Source: Candidatus Omnitrophota bacterium (GTDB lineage: Bacteria > Omnitrophota > Gorgyraeia > Gygaellales > UBA12090). From it: a stretch of DNA of 64,000 bases. The translations under genes and the position numbers were made by a program. Numbering within the stretch: position 1 is the stretch's first letter; every line of letters begins with the position of its first letter. A model generated the notes under the pieces. That model was not told the origin of the DNA, made no database searches, and worked only from the letters and a program-made list of their open reading frames with translations. The stretch lies in contig JAUSCZ010000017.1 in NCBI GenBank assembly GCA_030674475.1, forward strand, positions 110,755 to 174,754, read 5' to 3'. Below, in pieces: positions 1 through 8,713 of the stretch.

Positions 1-1137
1 AATCGTAAAAATTCTCTTCTAATCCTACTGAAGCCTGCCAGTCCTTCTTTTTCTTATAGCTTATCTTTACTTCCAGGGTTTGTTTTTGATAATCATTAGC
101 CGGCTTTAAATTGTATTTCACCTCTTTATGTTCAATGGCAAAATCCAGCCAGAGCCTTTGCCTTTGGTCATCTAAAAGTTCATAATCCCAGCTATTCTGA
201 AGATAAAAACCCCGGTGGTCTAGGTCGGCGCTAATATAATCCTTGGCGAAATATTGATATTTCAGGTGTGTTTTTAGCTTGGGACTAATTCTATGCTCAC
301 TTTTGGCATAATATTGCCAATATTCAAAATCCATATCTTCATCTCTATCTTCTTCATCTTTCGTATCCCTCTGGCCCCAGTCTAACCTGGAAACAAGCCT
401 ATAAATCCAGGGAAGCTTAAATTGATAATCAAAGCCCGTACCAATTTCCTGTTTAGTCTTTTCACGGTTGGCCTTTTCCTGCTCCAACCGCTCTACCTTA
501 TAAGAAGAAAGCAGGGCTAATCTTTTTTCTAAAAAGTGCTTCTGGGCTCCCAGGCCGGCTAATGTTTTAAATTGGTCCTTTTCTCCTTCGGCTAAATAAT
601 CAAAATTATCCACTCCTAAGTTAAAATCAATTCTATAATTATCCTTTTCCTCAAAGATAAGCCCGGGAACCAGGCCAATCTCATCATATTCGCTCGCCGG
701 GCTGTTTTTGTAACGTCTCTGCCTATTTTTAAGCTTCACATCAAGCCTTATCCACTCTTCCTCAAGCTTCTTTAAGTTATAGAACAAACCGGCCTTAAAG
801 ATTCTGGAAACGTTATCTAAAGAATCCCGGGCTTTATAGTCTTTACGATAAACAAACGAACTAACATCGTAATTTAACGGCTGGGATATCCTTTGTTCAA
901 GCTTGAGATGATAATTCTGATAGCTATAGTCTTCATCCGTATCCTCTTCCGCGAAATCCTCCGCCTGAGACCTCCTGCCCACCTCCCCGTAGCCGCTAAA
1001 AACAAAATCCTCCGCCTTCGCTGAAGCGCCTGCCTGCCGGTCAGGCAGGTTTTCTCCTTCAGTCAAAGCGGAGGAATCCGCCTGGGCCATATAAGGCAAA
1101 AATAAAAATCCCACCGTGAGAATAAAAATTATTTTCA
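1..1137 (-). CDS. Secreted protein, partial (C-terminus lies beyond the window start). N-terminal signal peptide MKIIFILTVGFLFLPYMAQA followed by a D/E/Y/K-rich region; possibly an outer-membrane beta-barrel-like protein.
   Basis: Manual reverse translation gives an ATG at 1137 and an open frame running to position 1. It is absent from the ORF track because no stop lies in the window. The hydrophobic signal peptide is followed by an AQA cleavage-like site. Confidence 0.4.
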
Positions 1138-1177
1138 TCAGGCGGATCTACATACTGCCATACTCCCCCATACACGT

Positions 1178-1699
1178 CTAAATCTCGACTATATCAATCT
1201 TGGCGCCTAATTCACTAGTTATCTTTCTTAAAGTAAGTAAAGAAATATTTTCTCTGCCACTTTCAATCCGGGAAATTATCTGTTGAGAAACTTTTAACTT
1301 ATCCGCCAGCGCGTTCTGGGTAAGATTATTCTGTTTACGCAGTAACCTAAGCCTGCCGCCTACCGATAAACAAAACCCATTAATCGGCTTGGCCTTATTC
1401 CTTAACAATATACCTCTGTTATTCCCGCGGTATTTCTCCAGTATTTTCTCATATACAGCCTGCCAAAATCCTATCCGCGGGCTTTGCCAGGCATCCTTTC
1501 GCATCCTTTTTTTAATCTCATTCCAATGAAGGCAGAAATCCCGAGGTTTGAGATGATCCCGAAAAACTTCCCGGGGAATATTCTTCCTGCTAAGCAGCAA
1601 TGCGGCCAAGACAATAAATTTCGGATGTTCCGGATCGCCTAAAATTTTCTGTGCTTGTTTAGGGCTTATATTTCTATCCCACAACCAATCCTTATTCAT
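1178..1699 (-). CDS. XRE-family helix-turn-helix DNA-binding protein (HTH at the C-terminus). Likely regulator/antitoxin partner of the upstream nucleotidyltransferase.
   Basis: The C-terminal segment LRKQNNLTQNALADKLKVSQQIISRIESGRENISLLTLRKI matches the HTH_XRE pattern. Its start overlaps the upstream gene by 4 bp (ATGA), which suggests translational coupling. Confidence 0.6.
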   Translation of the reverse strand: MNKDWLWDRNISPKQAQKILGDPEHPKFIVLAALLLSRKNIPREVFRDHLKPRDFCLHWNEIKKRMRKDAWQSPRIGFWQAVYEKILEKYRGNNRGILLRNKAKPINGFCLSVGGRLRLLRKQNNLTQNALADKLKVSQQIISRIESGRENISLLTLRKITSELGAKIDIVEI

Positions 1700-2409
1700 A
1701 CTCTGCCTATCTGACTTTCCAAGATACGATCTATTTCAACCTTAAAATGCTTCTCCATTGCCCTATAATCAACTCTATTTTCAGTTTTTAACTCTAGGAT
1801 ACCGCTTTTAATCTCCAGGCGCGGATAGCTTCTGAACCAATTTATCAGTGCCTCCCGCATTGCCGGATTACAATATTTACGGGCGAACACAGACAAATTC
1901 ATAAAGGTATGAGAAAGAAAATACAGGTCATAAAAATCCTTGGCCTCCTGCCGGCCTCCGATTCTTATCTTACGCCCAATCTGGTCAAGGCTTTCCAGCG
2001 TCCCGGAAACCGCGTAAACCTTGCGCAGGTAAATATCCTCCAGCGAAAAAACCTCTATCCCTTTAAACTGCCTTGCCGGTTTTAATCTTTTTATATAATC
2101 CTCTATAAAATCAACCTTCAGCGAATACTTAGGGGATAGGCGCGCGTTAGAAACTAATATGCGAACTTTATCCTTCTTAGGTTGCTCTTTGAGTATTTCA
2201 AAATCCTTGCCTGATTCCTTTGATAAAAACTCAAGCAAAGAAATGATCTCTTTGCGGTTGTATCTCTGGGCAAAAAAGTCTAGATCAAAAGACATGCGGT
2301 GATTAAAATAAAATTTAGACAACGCCGTTCCTCCGCCTAAACAATAGTTATCGAGCCTGCCGGAAAGAATTCTCAAGACCTTATCCTGCCACGATACAAT
2401 CGTCTTCAT
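1696..2409 (-). CDS. Nucleotidyltransferase of the AbiEii/AbiGii toxin family (DUF1814/PF08843-like).
   Basis: The N-terminal motif LGGGTALSKFYFNHRMSFDLDFF matches the GGTAL...R.S.D.D core of AbiEii nucleotidyltransferases. It is first in a two-gene operon with the HTH protein. Confidence 0.65.
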   Translation of the reverse strand: MKTIVSWQDKVLRILSGRLDNYCLGGGTALSKFYFNHRMSFDLDFFAQRYNRKEIISLLEFLSKESGKDFEILKEQPKKDKVRILVSNARLSPKYSLKVDFIEDYIKRLKPARQFKGIEVFSLEDIYLRKVYAVSGTLESLDQIGRKIRIGGRQEAKDFYDLYFLSHTFMNLSVFARKYCNPAMREALINWFRSYPRLEIKSGILELKTENRVDYRAMEKHFKVEIDRILESQIGRV

Positions 2410-2415
2410 AATCTA

Positions 2416-2508
2416 AATATACAACATATATGTTGTAATGTCAAGAATTATACAACTTATATGTTGTAATACACAAAATAATTATAACACGGCTTCTTTG
2501 GCTGTCAA
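2416..2508 (-). promoter_or_regulatory. Promoter region of the AbiEii-HTH operon. Two sigma70-like promoters are overlaid by two copies of the 18-bp palindrome TACAAC(A/T)TATATGTTGTA.
   Basis: The perfect palindrome TACAACATATATGTTGTA is at 2420-2437. The near-perfect copy TACAACTTATATGTTGTA is at 2451-2468, 31 bp centre to centre. On the minus strand, TTGACA-17nt-TATATT has the first palindrome exactly in its spacer. A second TTGACA-16nt-TATAAT lies upstream. Confidence 0.45.
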
Positions 2509-3201
2509 GATTTCTTACACACACAGATAAAAGATATTGCCTTTCTTAAATTGCGGGCTGTTACCGCAAAATCAGCAGTGGTAACCGAATTATAAAATCT
2601 ATTCACCGGCAATCCTATCTTCTTAAGGCGCTGGTAAAGGTGATGCCTGGGTGTTAAATGCAGGCCATAAATCTCAACTCCGGGAAATTGGCTTAACAAT
2701 AATCTTCTCAATTCTTCCAGGATAAATTCCCTGCAATGCGCCGGATTCTTTTTATAGGTCATTGGTGAACCCTTCATTGCGTGTTCTAAATTTAAGGTAG
2801 ACAAATAAAAAGCGCCATCAGGCCTTAAAACCCTCTTTATTTCTGAAAGATACCGCGGGATATCCGGTTCCGGGATATGTTCAATAACCTGAAAGGAACA
2901 GACAATATCAAAAGAACCGTCCTCAAAACACAAGGCCCCCCGCCTCCATAGGGAAGAATTTCAGATTGGGCCTGCCGTATTTAGCCCGCGCCGCGGCGAT
3001 AACCGCCTCGTCGTAATCAAGGGCCGTAACCTCAAAAACCTCCGCCGCCAGATAATCCGCCCCATAGCCATCCCCGCAGCCGACATCCAAAACTTTCTTT
3101 CCACAGGCATCATCTCTCAAGAATTCATAAACCTTGAGATGCTCAGCAAAAAACTTAGGCGCGACCGCCTCCGGAATAATCCTGGTCTCTGGTTTGCGCA
3201 T
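2505..3201 (-). pseudogene. Class I SAM-dependent methyltransferase, split into two ORFs by a frameshift at a C6/G6 homopolymer (2936-2941).
   Basis: ORF 2923..3201 carries motif I, VLDVGCGDGYG. ORF 2505..2933 carries motif II, DGSFDIVCS, in a different frame. The junction lies in the run ggcccccc. Confidence 0.6.
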
Positions 3202-3206
3202 ACTGG

Positions 3207-3383
3207 TTAGGGAATCCTGGACAAGGAAATGACCTTTAACACTTCAAGCGCCTCTTTTTCATCCGCTAAAAAAGCAATAAGGGTAGATGTATCCAGAACA
3301 AAGACTTCTCCATTATGGGGACAATCACCACCTCCAAAAACTACTACAGTAAAGGAAGAGAAATAAGTGTTGCGTTCCCCGAA
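3207..3383 (-). pseudogene. PIN-domain (VapC-like) N-terminal remnant without a start codon.
   Basis: Minus-strand translation gives ...EVFVLDTSTLIAFLADEKEALEVLKVISLSRIP*. The VLDTSxLIAFL pattern is typical of PIN N-termini. The frame opens straight after a TAA and has no ATG, GTG or TTG. Confidence 0.25.
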
Positions 3384-3432
3384 TTACCCGAACGCCACGA
3401 AAGGGCCGGTAGGATTATCCTGTTATGCAGTT

Positions 3433-3741
3433 TTATAAAATTTTAAAACCTTTTTTAATTTCTCTATTGAGAGGATTATCGTCTTGGAAATCTTTCAGGA
3501 CAATAGGGTGGGGTTCTATACGTAAATCAAAATTTCTCCTAAGCCGCATCAGGTTGGAAAGCTCTTTTATCGTATCTTTATACCCTGCCAATACCAGAGC
3601 AATATCAATATCACTGTCATCGCTAAAATGATTCTTTGCGTATGACCCGAATAAAAAAGCCTCCCTTATTTTATAATAATTATGCGCGGCAAGAAAATGC
3701 ACGTAATCACGGGCTAGCTTTAAAGCAGTTTTCTTATCCAT
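3433..3741 (-). CDS. Minimal nucleotidyltransferase (MNT/MntA-like antitoxin-type NTase). It is an orphan, with no HEPN partner.
   Basis: The motif LFGSYAKNHFSDDSDIDIALV matches the GS...DxD nucleotidyltransferase fold. The downstream neighbour is a PIN remnant, not HEPN. Confidence 0.6.
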   Translation of the reverse strand: MDKKTALKLARDYVHFLAAHNYYKIREAFLFGSYAKNHFSDDSDIDIALVLAGYKDTIKELSNLMRLRRNFDLRIEPHPIVLKDFQDDNPLNREIKKGFKIL

Positions 3742-3842
3742 ATCCTAAATTATAACATACTTTAATATTTATACAAGCCAGCCCAATTATTCCCAGCGTT
3801 AAAAATAGAGAAAGCGCTGTCATGAGGCAGAACAAACTATTT

Positions 3843-5075
3843 CTAATATATACTGCTTGCGGGAAATACGGTTGTCTTCGCGTCCAAAGGCATAATATCT
3901 TGCGCGAGAGAGAATATCCACTGCTCTATTATATTAAGCTTGCCAACCTTTGCGGTTTCTAATGCTTTAAAAGATTTCACTTTTGCCATCGCTGACAGCT
4001 TTATTTCAGAGGCGATAATCCCCTCTCCGGTTACACAAAAAAGATCTATTTCCAATCCATCCCTTGTTCTATAAAAATAAAAAGGCGCCTCCTTGCCCCT
4101 ATGCCAATAACTTTTTATCAACTCACTAATAACCCAGTTTTCAAACAATGGCCCAGCCATAGGACCGACGCAGACGGAATGATAATCCCTCCAGTAAGTC
4201 AAATAACATAACAAACCCGTATCCAAAAAATACACTTTCGGAGTTTTTATTTCCCTCTTGTTAAGATTGCTGTGATACGGCTTTAGGATATATATCTGAT
4301 ATGTCTTCTCCAATAAACTAATCCAGGATTTAACAGTATTCAATGCCGTTCCTATCTCAGAGGCAAGAGAGGCCATGTTTAAAAGCTGCGCGCTGCGCGC
4401 GGCTAAAAGCCTTAAGAATGCCTCAAAAGTCCTTGAGCTTCTCACCCCCACCTGACTTCTTATATCCCGTTCCAGATAAGTCTGCAGATAGGATGAATAA
4501 TACTGCTCAATGTCAATCCTGCGGTCAATAACCGGCTTCGGCATAGAACCTCGGAGAATAACTTTAAATAATTCCGGCATATTTAAAACCCGGGTTATCC
4601 TTTTGGTCTTATTCATAAAAAAAGGCTTAAGCTTATCCGAAGCAGAATCGCGCGCATACTCATACAGGGAAAAACCCAATAAATTCATTATCGCCACTCT
4701 TCCCGCCAAAGATTCAGATACATTATCCATTAAGGTAAAATTTTGCGAACCGCTCAGCCAGAACAAACCGTTTGCCGGCTTCAATCTTGTAGTCCTTTCA
4801 TCTACCAGCAGCTTTATATAGGTAAGAAGATTCGGGGCATACTGTATCTCATCTATAAACAGGGGAGGTTTAAACCGCTGAAAAAACAGCTTAGGGTCAG
4901 AAATGGCGAGTTCTCTCACAACCAGGTCATCAAGGCTTACAAAACCCATATCCGGCCTGGCAATCTTTCTTAAAAGCGTTGTCTTCCCGGATTGACGCGG
5001 CCCGGTCAACAAAACAACCGGAAACGAACGCGACGCCTTTAATATATAGCTGGCAAGCAAACGATTAATATACAT
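3843..5075 (-). CDS. AAA+ ATPase of the DUF4143 family (ATP-binding protein).
   Basis: Walker A is LLTGPRQSGKTTL. Length and C-terminal region are typical of the DUF4143 ATPase architecture. Confidence 0.65.
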   Translation of the reverse strand: MYINRLLASYILKASRSFPVVLLTGPRQSGKTTLLRKIARPDMGFVSLDDLVVRELAISDPKLFFQRFKPPLFIDEIQYAPNLLTYIKLLVDERTTRLKPANGLFWLSGSQNFTLMDNVSESLAGRVAIMNLLGFSLYEYARDSASDKLKPFFMNKTKRITRVLNMPELFKVILRGSMPKPVIDRRIDIEQYYSSYLQTYLERDIRSQVGVRSSRTFEAFLRLLAARSAQLLNMASLASEIGTALNTVKSWISLLEKTYQIYILKPYHSNLNKREIKTPKVYFLDTGLLCYLTYWRDYHSVCVGPMAGPLFENWVISELIKSYWHRGKEAPFYFYRTRDGLEIDLFCVTGEGIIASEIKLSAMAKVKSFKALETAKVGKLNIIEQWIFSLAQDIMPLDAKTTVFPASSIY

Positions 5076-5105
5076 ATTGCAAATAATGCATTACAATTGC
5101 ATAAT

Positions 5106-5189
5106 TGTCAAGTAAAATCTGCCTCTGGCTCTTAGATTTTACTTGATTCTGAGCTCTGCGAAGAATCTTATCAGATATAATTTCCTATG
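5106..5189. repeat. Left copy of an 84-bp inverted repeat; the partner is at 52309-52392. It contains an internal hairpin GTAAAATCT-N13-AGATTTTAC.
   Basis: The reverse complement of 5106-5189 matches 52309-52392 at 80 of 84 positions. The copy includes pilO-like last codons (GTCAAGTAA) and pilP-like first codons (ATGCTATCA), then diverges. Confidence 0.7.
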
Positions 5190-5222
5190 CTATCAAGATA
5201 AATTTTTGACTTACCGCGGCTT

Positions 5223-6296
5223 TTACTCACTAACTTCCGGTTTAATAGGATTTGCCATAATCTCATACACATCAATCGGGCCGGTTTTCTGCGCGCGTAT
5301 TAAATCAGGGTTAGGGAATTCTTGAGTGGAATCCTTTCTATCCTTGCTTGATTTTGCTGTTATTTTTAACTTTTTAAATATTTTCATGCCTACCGCGATT
5401 ACTAAAACCACATAAGCAATATTGATTATAAACTCGCTCAACATATCTAAACCCGAAATGAGAGTAATCGCGGTAAAAAGGATACACCACATAAATAAAA
5501 AAATTAATAACTCGCTTAAATCTCCACTGCCCGAAAGAATCTGGGATAGCGCCCCCGGAGCAGAATTCGCTTCATTATATATAATATTCTGCTGGAATTT
5601 ATTTTTTTTAAATAACGCGGTTGCAAGCAAAGGAATTTTGACAATGCTTACAAGAACAAGGCTTATAGTAATAAAGGCCGAGGCGGACATTATTAAACGC
5701 AATTGGCTAAACAATGAGACAAGAAAAATAAAACAAAAAAATAAGAAATAAGGAATATAAGAAATTAGATATAGAGAAAATATTTCAATGTCTAATTTGG
5801 CAAGAAGCAGCGATACAAAATATAATAGAAAATAGACAAGGATGGCAACTATAACAAATTTTAAGAAATTAAAATTTATTTCACTAATAAATTTTGAAGA
5901 GTTAAGCAAAATATAAATATTTTTTGACTTTGTAGCGCCGAAAAAATTCCGTATTTTGACGCTATATTTTCCAGAATCCGATATGTCTAATACGTTTATC
6001 CCCTTTAGCGTATAATCAACTGGCACTATTACATAGGCGACTCGCGTCTCTTCCTTGTTACTCACATAAGAAGGGAACACCTGCCGACCGTTAAAGTATA
6101 TTGCCTTTGGTACTCGTGGATTCCAAATATTTAATATATATGAATCTTTTTCAGGAAGCTCAAATTTCAATTCGGTATCAACATTATTAAATTTTAATGA
6201 AAAAGGATTAAATTTATTATAACTAAAAAAGGTATAAAAAAATGAAATCACTAACGAGAATACAAATAGTAAAAAGAATATATTTTTTTTATGCAT
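5223..6296 (-). CDS. Polytopic membrane protein of unknown function, encoded in an AT-rich island.
   Basis: It has many hydrophobic helices. Its C-terminus (GPIDVYEIMANPIKPE) resembles the C-terminus of ORF 10812..12623 (QIDVYEIVAPALEPN). Local GC is far below that of its surroundings. Confidence 0.4.
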   Translation of the reverse strand: MHKKNIFFLLFVFSLVISFFYTFFSYNKFNPFSLKFNNVDTELKFELPEKDSYILNIWNPRVPKAIYFNGRQVFPSYVSNKEETRVAYVIVPVDYTLKGINVLDISDSGKYSVKIRNFFGATKSKNIYILLNSSKFISEINFNFLKFVIVAILVYFLLYFVSLLLAKLDIEIFSLYLISYIPYFLFFCFIFLVSLFSQLRLIMSASAFITISLVLVSIVKIPLLATALFKKNKFQQNIIYNEANSAPGALSQILSGSGDLSELLIFLFMWCILFTAITLISGLDMLSEFIINIAYVVLVIAVGMKIFKKLKITAKSSKDRKDSTQEFPNPDLIRAQKTGPIDVYEIMANPIKPEVSE

Positions 6297-6301
6297 TCTA
6301 T

Positions 6302-7933
6302 CTAAGATTTATTTGTCAATTTAATTTTATAAAGATACATATAATCATATATTTTATCTTTAAACGCCTCTGCTTCTTGCGTGTTTACTATTCCACTATT
6401 CATCAAACCCATAAAAAAAAGAGGATAGTGCGGCCTCATGGTAGTATCCCTTATTTTTGCAACCAACTCACCATCCACAACCGCATTGTTAGTTTTTGCT
6501 AAAAAATATTCCCATGAACCATAAAAACAAAAACCTACCTTTTCTTTTTGGGCAATTTCATAAACTTCTTGCATGGTATCCGCAGGATACATCTCTACAG
6601 TCATCAAATAAGGATCAATATTTTTATACGCATAGATGCCGCCGGTTTTATAGATAACCAGTTTTGTTACTTTCTGCTCTTTTAATATTTTAGATATCTC
6701 GGGAAAATGACTTTTGATCTCAAAGAGTGTCCTAAGGTGATAAAGGCTGTAAGATACCGCAATAATCAAAAAGAACAGCATTGCCGTTATTCTAAAAAAT
6801 TTAAGCCTTATATTTTTAAATAAGGCGTCAACTCCCAAAGCAATATATAAGAACAAAAACGGCCATGCGCCAAGGCAGTTATATTCTACTTGATGTAACC
6901 GCCTCTGAGCCACCCAATATACATACGGCAGGATAAATAAGGCTGAAACCAGAAAAACTGATTGTGATTTTTTTTCCCTTGATAGAACTGATCTAATGAT
7001 AAAAAACAGACTAACAATAGCCAACAAAGATATAACCGGGCTCTCCAGGCGCCAAAGAACGTTCAAATAGTAACTCGGCTGTATATGCATACCCTGTTGG
7101 CTGACTAAATTTCCTGTTGTCGTATTAAATATCTGCCTGAAATAGCCGCGAGCGCTATAGCAATGAAATATCCTGCCTACGTTTGTCGTTATTTCAAGTA
7201 ATGCCAATGGCAGGAAAAAAGCAGGAATAAATACGGTAATCCGCCGGATGAATTCACTTATATTTTTATGATAAAAATATAAAAAACTCAAAAACTCCGC
7301 GAAAATTATTACTAAGGTAAATAAAAATATCTGTGCATGAAAAAGGAGCCCTATGCCTAAGATAAAGCCAGAAATTGCCAGATTTTTAATCCGGAGATTA
7401 TTCAAGAAATCCAGATAGTAATAAATTGACAAGACTAAAAACAGATAAGTTAAAGCCATTGAAAATCCATTACGGGAGTATCTTAAATAAATAAGTGAAA
7501 AGCTAAATAGAGTGCTTGCGATAATGCCAACGCGTAAGTTAAAGAATTTCCGCCCAACAAAAAATATAGTTACAATTGTTAAAATGCTGGCAACGGCATT
7601 AACAAACAGAATCGTGGAATGCTTATCTACAAATGCCCAGGAGATGCTATTGACTAAATAGAACGCGAATTTCGGAGGATATTGCACTAGCATTTGTAAT
7701 GTTTTATATAGCCCATCTATCTTCTGCCACATTCCGGATGAACAAAATACGGAACTTTTGAATAATTTAATCGCATCATGGCAGACAAGATAATAGTCTA
7801 TTTCATCGCTATGCCATAAGCCTTTTTGGGCTAAGTTATAAAATCTCAGCATCAGATTCGATCCTAATAAAAAAAACAAGAATATGATTTCTCGCCAGTA
7901 AAAAAGAAAATATCTATAGATTTTCTTACCCAT
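6302..7933 (-). CDS. GT-C fold membrane glycosyltransferase, GT39/ArnT/PMT-like (polyprenyl-phosphate-sugar dependent).
   Basis: The protein is 543 aa with 10 or more TM helices. A conserved D/E-containing first loop (WHSDEIDYY) follows TM1. It is paired with a DPM1-like GT2 immediately upstream. Confidence 0.5.
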   Translation of the reverse strand: MGKKIYRYFLFYWREIIFLFFLLGSNLMLRFYNLAQKGLWHSDEIDYYLVCHDAIKLFKSSVFCSSGMWQKIDGLYKTLQMLVQYPPKFAFYLVNSISWAFVDKHSTILFVNAVASILTIVTIFFVGRKFFNLRVGIIASTLFSFSLIYLRYSRNGFSMALTYLFLVLSIYYYLDFLNNLRIKNLAISGFILGIGLLFHAQIFLFTLVIIFAEFLSFLYFYHKNISEFIRRITVFIPAFFLPLALLEITTNVGRIFHCYSARGYFRQIFNTTTGNLVSQQGMHIQPSYYLNVLWRLESPVISLLAIVSLFFIIRSVLSREKKSQSVFLVSALFILPYVYWVAQRRLHQVEYNCLGAWPFLFLYIALGVDALFKNIRLKFFRITAMLFFLIIAVSYSLYHLRTLFEIKSHFPEISKILKEQKVTKLVIYKTGGIYAYKNIDPYLMTVEMYPADTMQEVYEIAQKEKVGFCFYGSWEYFLAKTNNAVVDGELVAKIRDTTMRPHYPLFFMGLMNSGIVNTQEAEAFKDKIYDYMYLYKIKLTNKS

Positions 7934-7936
7934 TCC

Positions 7937-8713
7937 TTACTTCTTCCTTTTCCGAACAAATAGATTCCTAAAGAAATAAACCATAATAAGATTAAGCATT
8001 TTAATAGCGAGAATGAAGGTTTTTGACTTATGCCCGGTGACCGAAGATTTACCAACCCGCTTATAATAATTTACTGGTATCTCCACGAAAGAAAATCCGT
8101 TGAGGATGGTAAGCAGCATTAGCTCAGGGCCAAAATGCTGAGAGCCGACGTTAAATTTATCTTTTATTTTTTCTATCACCTCTTTCTTAAATAATTTATA
8201 GGTACATCCCACATCAGTCAGGCGTGATGTGTTATATAGATTTTGCATAACTTTTGCCGCGGCCACATTGCCACATCTCATAAACATTCCCATATTCGCG
8301 CCTTGCTCAATAAGCGCGATGTTCGTTCTTGTCCCCCATACCGCGTCAAAAGAATCCGAATAAACTAAAAGTTTAAGTATATCCGCTGCCTCGAAAGTCC
8401 CATCCGGTTCACATAAGACTATTAAATCACTAGTGGCCTCCTCAAAGCCGCGGCGAATAGCGTAACCATAGCCTTGCTTTCTTTCAAAAACCTGAATTGC
8501 CCTGGTTTTACCCACTTCTCTATCTGTCCCTTCCCGGGCGTTATTATTAACCACTATAATTTCATCCACATAGCCTGTAGCAAAGAAATCTTCGATAGCC
8601 TCTCTTATTGATTCTTTTTCATTATATGTCGGAAAGATTACTGAAACTCTTCTATTGTTCCACATGTCAGCCTTTCTTAACATTTTTGGCGACAATAAGA
8701 AACTGCCGCGCAA
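7937..8713 (-). CDS. GT2 glycosyltransferase, polyprenol-phosphate sugar synthase (DPM1-like).
   Basis: Motifs VSVIFPTYNEKESI, ...IVVNNNAR and CEPDG are present. The true start is probably M16 (MWNNRR) at about 8668, which removes the overlap with the upstream gene. Confidence 0.7.
   Translation of the reverse strand: MRGSFLLSPKMLRKADMWNNRRVSVIFPTYNEKESIREAIEDFFATGYVDEIIVVNNNAREGTDREVGKTRAIQVFERKQGYGYAIRRGFEEATSDLIVLCEPDGTFEAADILKLLVYSDSFDAVWGTRTNIALIEQGANMGMFMRCGNVAAAKVMQNLYNTSRLTDVGCTYKLFKKEVIEKIKDKFNVGSQHFGPELMLLTILNGFSFVEIPVNYYKRVGKSSVTGHKSKTFILAIKMLNLIMVYFFRNLFVRKRKK

Noticed and set aside
2934-2941. Programmed ribosomal frameshift at the C6/G6 run in the SAM-MTase.
   Set aside because: No slippery heptamer or stimulatory structure is present. 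A homopolymer indel (sequencing error) or a pseudogene is a simpler explanation.
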